NCBI GenBank assembly: GCA_965637545.1
Contig: OZ281496.1
Coordinates: forward strand, 27,094,001-27,158,000
Direction of reading: 5' to 3'
DNA: 64,000 nucleotides
Origin: Phallusia mammillata
Lineage: Eukaryota
This document shows, in pieces, positions 16,284-29,551 of the stretch (within the stretch, counting starts at the first letter, position 1; each line of letters begins with the position of its first letter). The notes under the pieces were generated by a model. That model was not told where the DNA came from. It ran no database searches and saw nothing but the letters and a program-made list of their open reading frames with translations. The position numbers and the translations under genes were made by a program.

Positions 16284-19200
16284 TTATGAATGATCGTGTA
16301 ACACGTGTACACACGGGTCTTCGCAAAAGTGGTCAACCAGGTCTTGCCACCAGAAGTCGGGAAACGTTTCAATATTCATGCCGAACTTGAATATATGTTT
16401 TGGGTCGCCGGTAATGTCAAGCAACTGCTCGTCGTCCAAAGTCACTCCGTCCCTTTCGAATGCGTACACGTACATCTACGAGTTATAGTAGAACTAATGA
16501 ATGCAGATCTAGGTTGTCAACGATATATGTTCTGGTATTTACCATCTTTAGTTACTGATTCAAATAGAGTATGTGGGAAAAGCCTGTATACTGGGCGATT
16601 ATAGTCGGACTATGGCATTCTGTAGGCACTGGCCGTAGACCTACATTGATAAAACAATTTATTGAGATGTTTTTCGTTTCTGAAGTAAAAAAAAATGTAG
16701 AGTTTTACAATACTGCTCACGCGTCCTGCTGTAGAACTTTTGCGTAGTTTTTTTTGTGAATTCAAAATGTTTGATGCTGCTTGTAAATGGTAAAATGTTG
16801 TGAGTTAAGGTTGGCGTTAGCCTGTTAACTCACGAGATATCCCAAGTCTCGGGCCCTTTTTGCCGCTGTCTTAACGTCATCGTCTGAGTTGCTGTCGGTT
16901 GTAATGAATATGGCTTTTGGCACTCGTTCGTCCCTCATCCCTTTATCACTCTGCAACAGGTTTTCAATCGCGTACTGAATTGCTGCACCGGTATTGACAG
17001 GAACTCCTAAACAAGGATTGTTCAACAGAAGGACACTTGATCAATTTTCGTTTTGTAATTTTTATAGTTTTAGGCTGAAATCAGGGCAGACTAAAAGCAC
17101 AAGCCCGAAATCTTGTCCAAACTCGATAAAAAATATTTTGCGTCGAAAATTAGTTTGTTGCAAGGTCCGAATCAAGCCTATTTTACTTAAACTTACCACC
17201 ACAAGCCCAAAGCCTGGCTCTACTTATAACTCATGTCGTATTATGCAATGCTGCGCAATTGATTTGTATCACCGAGTGTTAATTTCAATTGAATCTCTGT
17301 CGGAATATGAGTTTTAAACCGTAAGTATTTGTGGAAAGACACAACATAAGTTTTATAGCGTATGTTGCCACACAAACAGGATAGTAAGACTCTACGATAA
17401 CCACCACGTTCATGTACGGATCAGACAATTGGAAATTCTAACCGTTTTCAGTAGGAGTCCTTTTTTCTTGAAAGATTTGCAACATTAGCGTTTTATTGTA
17501 CTCGTAGTCGTTGAAGTTGATGACTGACGATTCGTAAGGCTCTGCACCGTACGACACTCCAGCGAACAATGTAGATTCTGCACTTATGTCAATTATTCTG
17601 AAACAATACGTCATTCTTCATTAAAAATATATCAGTTTTAAAATGTATTATGTAATGCGGTTGAAAGAATTTGAACCTCAGATCAATGTTGTAAGCGGAC
17701 CCAAACTCGACCTGAACCCGAAAGTACAAGTTAGAAATTCGGCCTAAACCCTTCTCGTATTAGGTCCAAAAGTGAAATTAAAATTACCCAGCAATAGAGA
17801 CACAAATTTAAGTTAGGTCCCAATAAAGTCGGTTTGGTTTAAAATAAAATATAACTTACAACTCATGCAGGGCATTCTGCAGTTTACAGAAGAAAAAAAA
17901 TCTATTTGTCGTTATTTGTGCTGCAGTTATCAAATATTAGGTGTACCTGGAAATAGCTTTTGTGTTTAGAAGCTGTACTGACCCGGTAATTGCGGCGAGT
18001 GTTTCCCAACTCTTGACAGAATACTCAGGTTTCGAATGTGACAAAACTATTGAATCGAATAGGGAGTGCGGTGGACAGGGTCCTGTTAATTCAAACAGAT
18101 TATGGAGCAATGATGGGTTTATAACTCTCTTTATTATGAACTAAAAAAGGCTAGTTCGTTAGTAACTACAAATTGAAACTTCCGAGGTTTACCTTTAATG
18201 CAAGGTTTCTGCAGTAATTATTTAAACGCTTAAAATTCTAGCGTCGTTAGGTCAAAAAGAGTTTTTTTTTGTATTGTCAATCGTAAGACAGTTTTGTCTA
18301 TGTATCGGTCTGTAATCCTAGATTATTTACTTTCTTATTCAAATATAATTTATATCTGATCTTTCGGCCAAATTGTTGAGATTTAATTTCATACATATTT
18401 CTTACTGACTGCAGTAAAATATTGCAATATCCGGAGAGCAGTGATCTTCAGATTAAGATCTGCCGAGGTTGAACATCACCTTTATTTAATTTATTTAACA
18501 ATTCTTACGTGCACAACAAGGTGTGTCGAATTGCCAGTTGCCGTCAGCTCCACACACGTTCTGATCTCTTCCTACTGGCCACAACTCATAAGTTTCATCA
18601 GTGCATTGATATTTGCAAACTCCGTTCTCACAGTTGATGATTCCATGTGGAATTTTTCTAGGTGGCGTTGCGCAGTCGTTGAAACCAACTAAAATGTGCA
18701 ATATATGGCTTGGTATTTTGCATAAAACTTACAACAACTTTTTACTAGTTTTAAGATGTGTATGAAGTACTGACGTTGTGGTGATACAGATATGTGTACT
18801 AAGTTTAAACAGGTGTCAGTTCCGACGTTGCACAAATCTCCTTCACAGCAACAAGTACAAAATGAGTTGACTTGGTCTCCATTGCATTGAGTAGATTTGC
18901 CTGAAGGCCTGTTGTTCTGTCAATATATTTATAAACAATTATTTTTACAGAGTTTTTTGCGCCCTTCAGGAAGGCAACAGACGTTTTCTCTTACTTGCAT
19001 TTGGTTGTTACTGCAAGCCATGGTGTCCTTGCAACCTTTTCTAACATACGACTTGTTCTTATACCTTCTTACCACCGCTTCGCAGGAGTTCTGCAAAACT
19101 TTGCCTTTTTAAAAACAGGTTACTAATATTTCCATTCTACTTAACCTGGTTGATATGACATTGTTGTTCTCCTTGGAGGTTGCATTCCTCATTACTTAAG

Positions 19201-19289
19201 GCACGATCACAGGTTATACATTTCAGCCCAGAAGCCACTTGGTGACAACAAGCGAAGGCAACAAGCCAACCCAATGCAACAGTTACCAT
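16284..19289 (-). CDS. Array unit 2: secreted Ly6 - CCP - vWA protein, intact
   Basis: MVTVALGWLVAFACCHQVASG-LKCITC; SCEAVVRRYKNKSYVRKGCKDTMAC; CTCCCEGDLCN; CATPPRKIPHG...WQFDTPCCAR; LFDSIVLSHSK; NTGAAIQYAIENLL; HFCEDPCVHVLHDHS*. Confidence 0.86.
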
Positions 19290-19624
19290 TCTTAAACTTT
19301 TTTTACCCTAGACTGTGATAGACACAGTTCAACGATATAATAGTCAATTTTTGCTCTAGCTAACGGGTCAGTCTTTACTTGCATGCCCCTAGGCGAGAAT
19401 ACGAGAGCCTCTGCGGCACTGGAAACGGAGTTATTCACACAATTTACTAACAATGGAAATTAGTCTAATGGTCCGGCACGCCTGACCCATGTTCAACAAA
19501 AAAACTTGGTCTAGATTCGTCCCCGGGAGAGTTTGAACCCCTAAAAATGCAAGAACATTTTCGTCAGTACAGTCTAAGTTACTGACACAAATACACAATG
19601 TGCTGGTCACAAAAGTCGTGTCTG

Positions 19625-20210
19625 AAATCAGAACCTAAAATTAGTCGTTTGCAGGTCAATTTGTTGTTTTCTGTGATCGTTTAACCGACAAAGTTCATTT
19701 TTTTGCAGCTACTGTTTAGTATTCTAGTTTTATTTCTTTGTGCATGAACAAGAACCACAGACATCGTATCCAAGAACGTCATTTTTTGTTAACGATTTTG
19801 CAGCATTTAGTAAAATAAATCATAAAAATACTTTTTTAAGATAAACACTCTTTTGCCACATCTTCAAGTTAACTTGTTAGAGTTGTAAGTGTACTTGCAG
19901 TTTATTTAAACAATGAGTTTTGTTGCACCAGTTGTTTACTTGTTTTGTCGGGTAACTACTTAACACATGTGTACTTTAGAGGCGCTAGAGAGCTTAGGTT
20001 CAAAGAGTTAAACGTCTTTCTTACTTTGTGATTGCAGGGAGCGCGCGCATAACAGTCGAAGCGCTGCTAGCCTTGTAATGGTACAAAACCGCCCCGTCGT
20101 GCAACAGGTACGGAGGACAAGGCATTAAAATAATGAAAATAGTTTACTTGTTCCCGAAAGGAGTTTTACCTATTTCGTGCTAAGCAAAATGTAGGCCTAG
20201 AACAGGGGTC
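19625..20210 (-). pseudogene. Relic of a deleted array unit (unit-4-like 3' flank fused to a unit-1-like vWA exon 5)
   Basis: 19625-19930 matches the unit 4 downstream flank (24795-25080). 19930-20210 matches the unit 1 intron/exon at 13910-14490. The exon acceptor is mutated (ttttaatgcc vs ttttaggccc). Confidence 0.75.
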
Positions 20211-20753
20211 GGCAACCTTTTAGGCGAAGTGTGCCAATTTACTTGTTATTTCCATGTGTTTATGTCATCGCGTGCCAACGTTTTTCTAAATAATAGTTGT
20301 TCATGCCAGCAGATATCAACAATGCCATGCTTTTCGTAGGAAGCATAAAAACCTTAGCAAATTTATTTTCAACTAACGTGGACTTAAATAAAGTGGGCGT
20401 GCATGTTGTGTAAGTTTGGCCCATGTGATGTGCAGAAACAAATACGCAATGCGTTGGTTGCAACTGCTTGGTGTTTCCGTTTATTTGGGCAACAAAAGAC
20501 TCTTTCTAGTTTTGCGACACTGTTTTGTTGAATTGCAGATACCGAAGTCTAGTCCTTGAAATATAAAATTTCCACGCTGGTTTGTTTTGTTTCTTTGTTG
20601 TATTTGTTAAAATGTTCATTAGTACATAAAATTCAAATGAAGACAGTGTTATGTAAAGCTGTTTGAGCAAATTTGTTGTTACACAACTAAGCAATGTGCA
20701 ACTAAAAACGCGAACCAACACACTCATTGAACAGAAGTCCAGGTATTTCATAT

Positions 20754-23700
20754 TTATGAATGGTCGTGTAACACGTGCACACACGGATCTTCGCAAAAGT
20801 GGTCAACCAGGTCTTGCCACCAAAAGTCAGGAAACGTTTCAATATCCATGCCGAACTTGAATATATGCTTTGGGTCGCCGGTAATGTCAAGCAACTGCTT
20901 GTCGTCCAAAGTCACACCGTCCCTCTCAAAAGCATACACGTACATCTGCGAGTCATAACAGAAATCGTGGATGCAGAACTAGCTTGGTAGATGCTATGGT
21001 CAGTTGCTTACGGCTTTCCTTACTTAGTCAAATATAGTTTGAACGATAAACCTAACTGGGCGGTTATTGTCGGACTATGGCATTTTGTATGCACTTGTAA
21101 ATGTTTTGGATCTAAAAGTAGTTTAATCTTGTTTTGTTGGCCTGTAAAAACGTAAACTTTTACATTATTGCTCAGGTAGACGTACGCGTCCTGCTGAAAG
21201 ATTTTTGTTTAGGGTCTATTATTTAAAATAAAATTATTGCTGCTGGTAATTTGTAAAACATTGTGCGCCATAAGTTGATGTTGTCATTTGCTTGTTGACT
21301 TACCAAATATCCCAAGTCTCGGGCCCTTTTTGCTGCTGTCTTAACGTCGTCGTCAGAGTTGCTGTCAGTTGTGATGAAAATGGCTTTTGGTACTCGTTCG
21401 TCCCTCATTCCTTTATCACTCTGCAGCAGGTTTTCAATCGCGTACTGAATTGCTGCACCGGTGTTAACAGGAACTCCTAAACAATCAAGGATTGTTTAAC
21501 AAAAAGGCCATACGAACGATTTCGTTTCGTAATTTTTATAGTTTTAGGCTGAAATCAGGGCAGACTAAAAGTACCAGCCCGAAACCTATTCAAACCCGAT
21601 AAAAATATTTTGCGTCGAAAATTATTTTGTTGTCAGGCCCAAATCAATACTATTTTACTTAAACTTACCCCCAACCCCGCCAGTAAAACCTTGCTCTACT
21701 TATACACCGTGTTATACAATGTTGTGAAATTGCTTTGTATCACCGAGTGTTAATTTCAACTACACCTATTTCGTGGAAAAACACAACACAACACAACCCG
21801 GTAATAAGTTTTATAGCATATAGTCTTATTAAGGATAATAAGACTTTACGATAATGCCACGACGTTCATATGCAAATCAGACAATTGAAAATTCTAACCG
21901 TTTTCAGTAGGAGTTCTTTTTTCTAGAAAGAGTTGCAACATTTGCGTTTTATTGTACTCGTAGTCGTTGAAGTTAAAGACTGACGACTCGTAAGGCTCTG
22001 CGCCGTATGACGCACCAGCGAACAATGTAGATTCTGCACTTATGTCCAGTAATCTAAAACAATACATCATTCTTCACTAAAAATAAATCAGTTTAAAATA
22101 CATTGTGAAATACAACTTGAAGCCTTGACTTAAAGTTGTACGGGGGCCCGAAACCGAAAGTACACAGCCTCGAAATCCGGGCTAAACTAATTTTTCACAT
22201 TGTTGTAAAATGAACTTTACGTAACAAAAACAGGAGACTATTTGATGCAAAAAAATAAAGTCTAGTTTGAACTGAAATCCACCTACAGTAGCAGTTTTCC
22301 GGTTATTACTGTTCTCTACATCAATACAATTCAAAACCCAGTGTATAAACACTAGGCCAAACAGAATCAACCGTTGTACACAATAGTTTTACGGAATATA
22401 TATTTCACCAAAAAGTTTTGGCACCTTCAGTTCACTGTTTGATGTAGTTTTGTTTTGCAATTGAAAACAATTTAAGCGTACTTGAAACTATGTGTTTAGA
22501 AGCTGTACCGACCCGATAATTGCGGAGAGTGTTTCCAATCTCCTGTCAGAAAACTCAGGTTTCGAATGAGACAAAACTATTGAGTCGAAAAGGAAGTATG
22601 GTGGACAGGGACCTGTTAAACCAAACAGATTATGAAGCAATGATGGGTTTACAAATCTCTTTATCGTAAACCAAATAAAATGGCTTGTTATGTATAAATT
22701 ACAAACTGAAACTTCTTGGATTTAACGTTAATTCAATTTTTCTGCTGTGGTTATTTGAATACTTAGGTTACTGTTTGTATCTAACGTCGTGTTTTTACAC
22801 TGACGCGCGGTTGTTATATCACGTCAAAAAGTAAGCTTTTTCGTATTGTAATTAGTCCACAGCAGTATCTATTATTTAGACGGTAATTTGGTAACTGCAG
22901 TAAAATATTGTAATTTTGGGAGAGCACTGATCGTCAGATAAAGATCTCTCAAATTCAACTTATCTTATAGCTCTTACGTGTACAGCAAGGTGTGTCATAT
23001 TGCCAGTTGCCATCAGCTTTACATCTGTTCTGATCTCTTCCTACTGGCCACAGGCCATAAGTTTCATCAGTACATTGATATTTGCAAACTCCATTTTCAC
23101 AGTTGATAGTTCCATGTGGAAAGTTAGTTGGTGGCGTTGGGCAGTCGTTGAAGCCTACTACAATGTGCAAGTATACGGCTTGGTATTTAGCGAAAGTCAT
23201 ACAACTAAATTTTATTAGTTTTAATATGTACATGAAGCACTGACTCTTTGGCGATGAAGAGACGTGTACTAAGTTTAAACAGGTGTCAGTTTTTTGACTA
23301 ATGTTACATACTTTAATACGTCGGTTTTTCTTGACAGAAATGTTGCAATTTGCAACCAAGTACTGCAGGGCAATACAGATTTGATCGGGGAGCAGTATTT
23401 CAATACTACACCAACCTATCGGTGATGTGGGGACAGATAAAGCGGGAGAACAGTTGTCAAGTCCAGTGTTGCACAAATCTCCTTCACAGCAACAAGTACA
23501 AAGCGAGTTGACTTGGTCTCCATTGCATTGAGTAGATTTGCCTGAAGGTCTGTTGTTCTGTCAACAAACAAATAGTTTTGACAGAGTTTTTTGGCACCTT
23601 TCAGGAAAGCAACAGACGTGTTCCCTTACTTGCATTTGGTTGTTACTGCAAGCCATGGTGTCCTTGCAACCTTTCCTAATATACGACTTGTTCTTGTACC

Positions 23701-23922
23701 TTCTTACCACCGTTTCGCAGAAGTTCTGCAAAACATTGCGTTTTAAAAACCAGATCACCTTTATACATTCTACTGTACCTGGTTAATATGACATTGTTGT
23801 TTTCCTTGAAGATTGCATTCCTCATTACTTAAGGCACGATCACAAGTTATACATTCCAGCCCAGAAGCCACTTGGTGATAACAAGCAAAGGCAAAAAGCC
23901 AAAACAATGCAACAGTTACCAT
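20754..23922 (-). CDS. Array unit 3: secreted Ly6 - CCP - vWA protein, recent duplicate of unit 2, intact
   Basis: MVTVALFWLFAFACYHQVASG-LECITC; CTCCCEGDLCNTGLDNC; CPTPPTNFPHG...WQYDTPCCTR; LFDSIVLSHSK; HFCEDPCVHVLHDHS*. Introns and 3' flank align with unit 2 (15895-16280 vs 20378-20750). Confidence 0.87.
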
Positions 23923-24447
23923 TCTTAAACTTGTTTTCATGTAAACTCTGATAGACACAAAATAATAATCACTTTTTGCCCTATCTATAACTGGCCAGTC
24001 TTTTCGTGTGTACTGACCCTTAGGGTAAACAATTCCGAGCACACCGTATATCTGATTCCTTGAATAAACAAACAAATTAAACATATACGACGCCGAACAC
24101 TACACTTAAGTTACCGAGTCTAAATTTCGATAGAGCGCTCTTTCAAATGGATTGATTTAGGGTAAAAAACGCTTGACTTATATAGGGTGCTGGTCACGAT
24201 ATTAACATGCAAGCGTAGATTTTATGAACGTCGGTACAGTAATAGCCTTAAGACAGTTTTTGACCGGTTCAGTGATTGGTCAAACTGGTTTCGGCAACAC
24301 GTAAAGGGACGACATTAAAATAGCCTTAAGACATTTGAAAAATTGTATTTTTTGGAAGAACGCGTTGCACACATCGCTTTACCCGTATTTCAATAGGTTG
24401 AGGGGCCGCGAGGTTCTACCTCAATCTGTTTTTATATTTGTCCTTTC

Positions 24448-24626
24448 CAGTAGTGGGATTCAATTTTGTTTGAGCCGGTTCTATCACAAAAGTAATATTT
24501 TTCAGCCGGTTCTGTTACAAAAAGTCCGTTGACAGTAACCAGTAATGCTAACCGGTTCGCTGATCTCATTAAATTTTGCGAGACGGTTCTATAGAACCGG
24601 TGCGAACCGGCTAAAGCCCGCCACTG
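24448..24626. mobile_element. hAT-type MITE
   Basis: cagtagtggg...cccgccactg termini with a perfect 8-bp TSD gtcctttc. Same family as the elements at 2576 and 55788. Confidence 0.9.
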
Positions 24627-25081
24627 GTCCTTTCCATTTCTGTACATGTGGTCAGCATCAAGACTATAAATGACCTGGTGCACAGGTTCTCTTGTTTTTT
24701 TCAATATGTTCCAGACTAGTTTTGGTGACTTAATTTTTTTGTCATCTTCTTCGATTTATCAAAGTGCTTTCGCGATGTTGCTTAATAATGGAGGTCCTAA
24801 AATTAGGTGTTTGCAAGTCAATTTGTTGTTTTCTGTGATCGTTTAGCTGTCAAAGTTCATTTTTTTGCAGCTACTGTTTAGTATACTAGTTTTATTTCAA
24901 AATGCATCAACACAAACCACAACATCTAAGAACGTTATTTTGTTGTTTACGCTTTTGCAGCATTTAATAAAATCAATCACAAAAAAACTTCGTTAGATTT
25001 CACACAACTTCAAGTAAACCTATTGCAGTTGTAAGGGCACACATAGTTTAAACATTGAGTTTTATTCGGTGCCAAAAGTTT

Positions 25082-28076
25082 TCAAATTTTATGATCGTGT
25101 AATACATGATCGCATGGGTCTGCACAGAAATGCTTTGTCATATCGTCCTTCCAGTTATCAGGAAATGAGTCGAAGTCGTCTCCAATTCTAAAAATGTGAT
25201 CTTCCTCGCCTGTGATGTCAAGCAACTGTTGTTCATCGAACACAATTCCTTCCCGCTCAAACGCGTACACGTAGATCTTTAAATTTAGTAAAATTGTTTT
25301 TTTTGTGAAAACATGTCAATCTTATTGGTTTTTGTAGATTTGTGTTTTATTTTACAACCGGTTGACCTTCTTTGAGGTAACGAGACTCACAATATTGAAT
25401 CAGTATTTGAGCTATATACCAGTTATTTTTGCTATGTTTGTACAAGGTTAAACTCGGCATTATTTATGTGAAGGGAGAGTTCAAAAAGATTTAAAAACCT
25501 GGAGTTGAACACATATATAGCACCACAATATTTCAATTCGTTTCGTTTTTCTCATGGAAAGAATAGTTCTACAACTAAAATAGCTATAAAGGAAAAAAAA
25601 ACCTACAATATATCCAAGTTTTCTTGCGTTTTCAGCGACCGTCTTGACGTCATCATCTGAGTTGCTGTCAGTGGTAATAAATATGGCCTTTGGTACTCGT
25701 TCGTCCCTCATTCCTCTATCAGACTGGAACAGGTTGTCTAATGCGTATTGGATCGCTACGCCTATGTTCACGGGAGTACCTAAAAGAATGCATTTACGTG
25801 AACAAGTTACATATTATGGTGGTGTTTATGGTGCTTGATTAGGTTTTAACTTGTTGTTTGTGGTAATGGTAATCAAGTCTTTTCCCCTCGTAAACCAAAG
25901 AGCCCCAGTTTGAATTGGAACTCACAACCTTATTAACATGGAGTAGTTGCGTTCAATGCTCCGACGGAGGTACATTTCTCGACAACTTTATGATCAGCAC
26001 CTTTACCATCCCTACGTAAAGACGTCTCTGTTATTCCGCAATGTTTTACTCATCATTATTGTTTTAAACCTTGCTACACGGTTTGTTTGCAAACTCTTTA
26101 AGGTTCAGAACGACACAAAAGTTTACATAACATACCTTCTTCAGAAGGGCGAATTCTCGCAGCAAACAATGAGTCCATTAGGGTTTTGTTGTTTCCGTAT
26201 TCGTTAAAGTATACCACTGATGAAGGGTGAGGTTGAGGACCAAACGAAACACCTGCTACCTTTGTTGAATCCGAGTCGAAATCTGTCTGACTAAAAATAT
26301 AATAACTTTTTGCAAGTATAATTGTTTTTACAATTGGGCAAATAGAGAAATATATTCACAATGGGCAGTTTTGCAAAACTTTTTGTGTAAATATGCTAAT
26401 TGTTAAAAAGATTGATTTTTCTATGATTTTTCTGCTAGACTTTTTTTGACGCAACTTACTTTGCCAACACCCCGAGACTTCGCCAAACATGTGCAGCATT
26501 GCTGGTCTTGAAATGATACAGGCCCACTGCATCATACAAGACGTAGGGCGGACAGGGTCCTGAAACCAACAACGTAAAACTTTTTTCTTGTCATGTTAAA
26601 ACAGAACTAAACGATACCTAATACTTACGACAAAATCTGTTTTTTTTAAAGTAGTTTTTAAACTAGGGGTTTTAGCGGGTTTTAAACTAGTTTGCTCTAT
26701 GAAAGTAGTTGTAGCCACACGATCGCAGTTTATTGATGTTTTAAAATGACCTTTACATATATTTCGCTTAATATTATCCTCATTCCTTGATGTTAACATT
26801 ATCCCCGTCATTCAAAAAGAATAATAGTTCTATTCAAACAAGAAGCTGTACATTGGCTTTACGGATTAGCGAAATAGATGTTTTGGACAGCGTCGTCTTT
26901 CTAAAAAAATCTCTGTACGGCAGCAATTGTGATGTATGTCTTACAAATGTTTACTTTATGTCCTAATATTTACGTGCACAACAAGGTGTATCGTATTGCC
27001 AGTTGCCGTCGGCTCCACACACATTCTGATCTCTTCCTACTGGCCACAACCCATAAGTTTCATCAGTGCATTGATATTTGCAAACTCCGTTTTCGCAGTT
27101 GATGTTTCCGTGTGGAAAACTCCGTGGTGGCAATGGGCAGTCATTGGAACCGACTGGGGTGTAAACACAGATATTTCTTATACCGTTGGGTTATTGTTGC
27201 CCGGCTACTTAACTGACAAACCACAGTTCGAAGGCCAACTATGTTTTATTATAAATATGCTTAGGTCTTTTAAAACATATTATAGAACCAAACCGTTTGT
27301 CGTACTACTTGACCTAACAGATGTGTTAAAGTTGCTTCGATTTGACCGAACTGTTTGTCAGATCAGTGGTATTATTGAAAAACAATATTTGCAATTTAAA
27401 GCAATCTAAGTTTTGTTTTGCAATTTACATCGGCCTATGACTTTCTTTTCCTGCATACTATACAAATATTTATAACTAACCTTTGGTGTGTTCAACAGGC
27501 CAAACTTACAAACTGAGCAACAACCAGCAATTTTTTGTAGCTGCATTATAATTATATTCAATTATAATTGATGTACTGGCCTTGTGGTGACGCAGGAACA
27601 TAATTAGGCGTCAAGCACGTGTCAGATCCAGCGTTACACAAATCGCCTTGGCAGCAACAAGTACAAAACGAGTTGTCCTGGTCTCCATTACATTGAGTTG
27701 AAATTCCTGATGGTCTGTTGTTCTGCAGTTAACATGTTTCTTTAGGCGAAGCGATAAACTTGTTTTTATCATTACCTGCAGTTGGTTGTTCATGCAAGCT
27801 TGTGTATTCTTGCAGCTCTTGCTCACGCTTATCTTGTCCTTGTATCTTCTCACCACAACTTCACAGGAGTTCTTTGAACACATGTTTACTTGTTTTTAAA
27901 GAAGGTTGAATTAGAACTTGACCTCACAAGCTTACTTGATTTATTTGACATTGTTGTTCTCCGTTAAGGTCACATTCTTCTATGCTCGAAGCACTTTGGC
28001 AAGTTAAACACTTTAAAGCTGCCACGATAGGTAAAAGGCCGCCAAAAACAATCACCAGTGCATTCACAACCCTCAT
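25082..28076 (-). CDS. Array unit 4: secreted Ly6 - CCP - vWA protein, intact (needs a GC donor at intron 3)
   Basis: MRVVNALVIVFGGLLPIVAA-LKCLTC; SCEVVVRRYKDKISVSKSCKNTQAC; CTCCCQGDLCN; CPLPPRSFPHG; LYDAVGLYHFK; NIGVAIQYALDNLF; HFCADPCDHVLHDHKI*. Confidence 0.86.
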
Positions 28077-28545
28077 CTCTCAAGTTTTCTGTTTTAATGC
28101 GTAAATTTTAAAAGCGTTGAAGCTACCGAAGTCGGTCCTGTCGAAATATCCCTTAATAACTTGACCTGTGGTTGTGACACAGATATTTTCAACTTTGTAC
28201 GTGACTTGCGCAGTCTGTTACTTAAAACCATGTTCACTCTCATGCCCTAAAGGTATCGATTGGATTGTTATGCAACTGGCTGTTCGATGACATAGTGCTT
28301 GTTTGACTAGAAGAAACGCCCATGTTTATTGTCAGGGTCGTTTAAAGATGCAATAAAACAAGGTGTTTTATTACCAGTAAAAACAAGTTAATCTTTAAAA
28401 GGTCGAAAATGCTAATTGAATACGTGACTAACTTAGGTGTTTTTTGTTTTTTGATCAACAGTCTGTGCAGATATTAGATCAAACCAAGTTGACATATGAT
28501 CTGTCTACCTCAGTAATAAACTCAATGAAGTTGTCATGTTTAATT

Positions 28546-28953
28546 TAGACCTACTATATTTCCAGCCCCCAAAAGGAGGACACATTGTTGAAAAGAACAT
28601 GAACATGAAAAAATACTTTAAGGTTCCCCAAAAATAAAAGCCTTTGAAATTAGACGGTGTTAAATTATAGTTCGGATAAAGTTTAACGTTTATCACATCA
28701 CTACACTAAAACAACCTTGTTTTTTTAAATGTAAAATCCACCTGTAATCTTTAAAATATAAGCTGAAGATGAATATTTGTCTGTTTGTTTTGTTTTCAAA
28801 GACATAATTGTCACTTATGTATTTGGTAAATCCCGTCCATTCTTCTGTTAAATGCTTTAAAAAGGAGGACATTTGGGTACTTTTTCTTGTCCTCAAAGGA
28901 CAACTTGGTTTTTGTTAAAAAGGAGGACAAAAAGAGGGCGTATGGTAGGCCTA
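28546..28953. mobile_element. Possible non-autonomous DNA transposon
   Basis: Imperfect inverted termini tagacctactata / tatggtaggccta and repeated subterminal aaaggaggaca motifs. A TSD was not established. Confidence 0.35.
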
Positions 28954-29551
28954 GTTTAAGTGTAAATGGACGAAAGAGTGTCAGAGCCTATACCTTTTTT
29001 CAGCATTTTGTCTTCATGACACGTTCGCATTTCCTAAAAAGCGAGTTTTTAGCAGCAACTATAGCTGTCAGAAAAAGGTTGTGGGTACATCTATTTTAAT
29101 CATCGTTGTTTTGTAGGTAAAACTGGCAATTGTTTGCCGTGTTTGAACATGGACACACCCTGTAAAGCTGAAAATGATAGCTGGAAGTAATAAAATACCG
29201 TTGGATGATTACTGCATTGCTGTTTATGCTCCTAATCTGAGAACAGCACTTTTTTAAGGTTCTTACTTGGCGATGGTCTTGGCGCCTCTAGACGCTTACA
29301 CAAACGAAACATTTTTTTTTCGTTTGAAGTGTAATTTTCAATAAAGTTTTTACACATAATTAAATGCCTGGATAACAGTTGTATCGATTTTTGAGCAGTT
29401 AAGCTCTTTATAACAGAAAATACATTGATCTTATCAAAATTACAAACGAAACACCATTCCAAAGCACGGATTTGGGTTAACGCAAAGACAACCAAACACA
29501 AAATCAAACCGGCACCCATTACAACGCGCTAAAATACTCATAAACAACACA

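Noticed and set aside
19500-19560. B-box-like gagtttgaaccc suggesting a tRNA or SINE
   Set aside because: No cloverleaf or A-box could be built.
22955-23476. 173-aa ORF apparently joining Ly6 end and CCP without splicing
   Set aside because: Read-through of intron 3 by chance. Canonical donor and acceptor sites give the family-consistent product.
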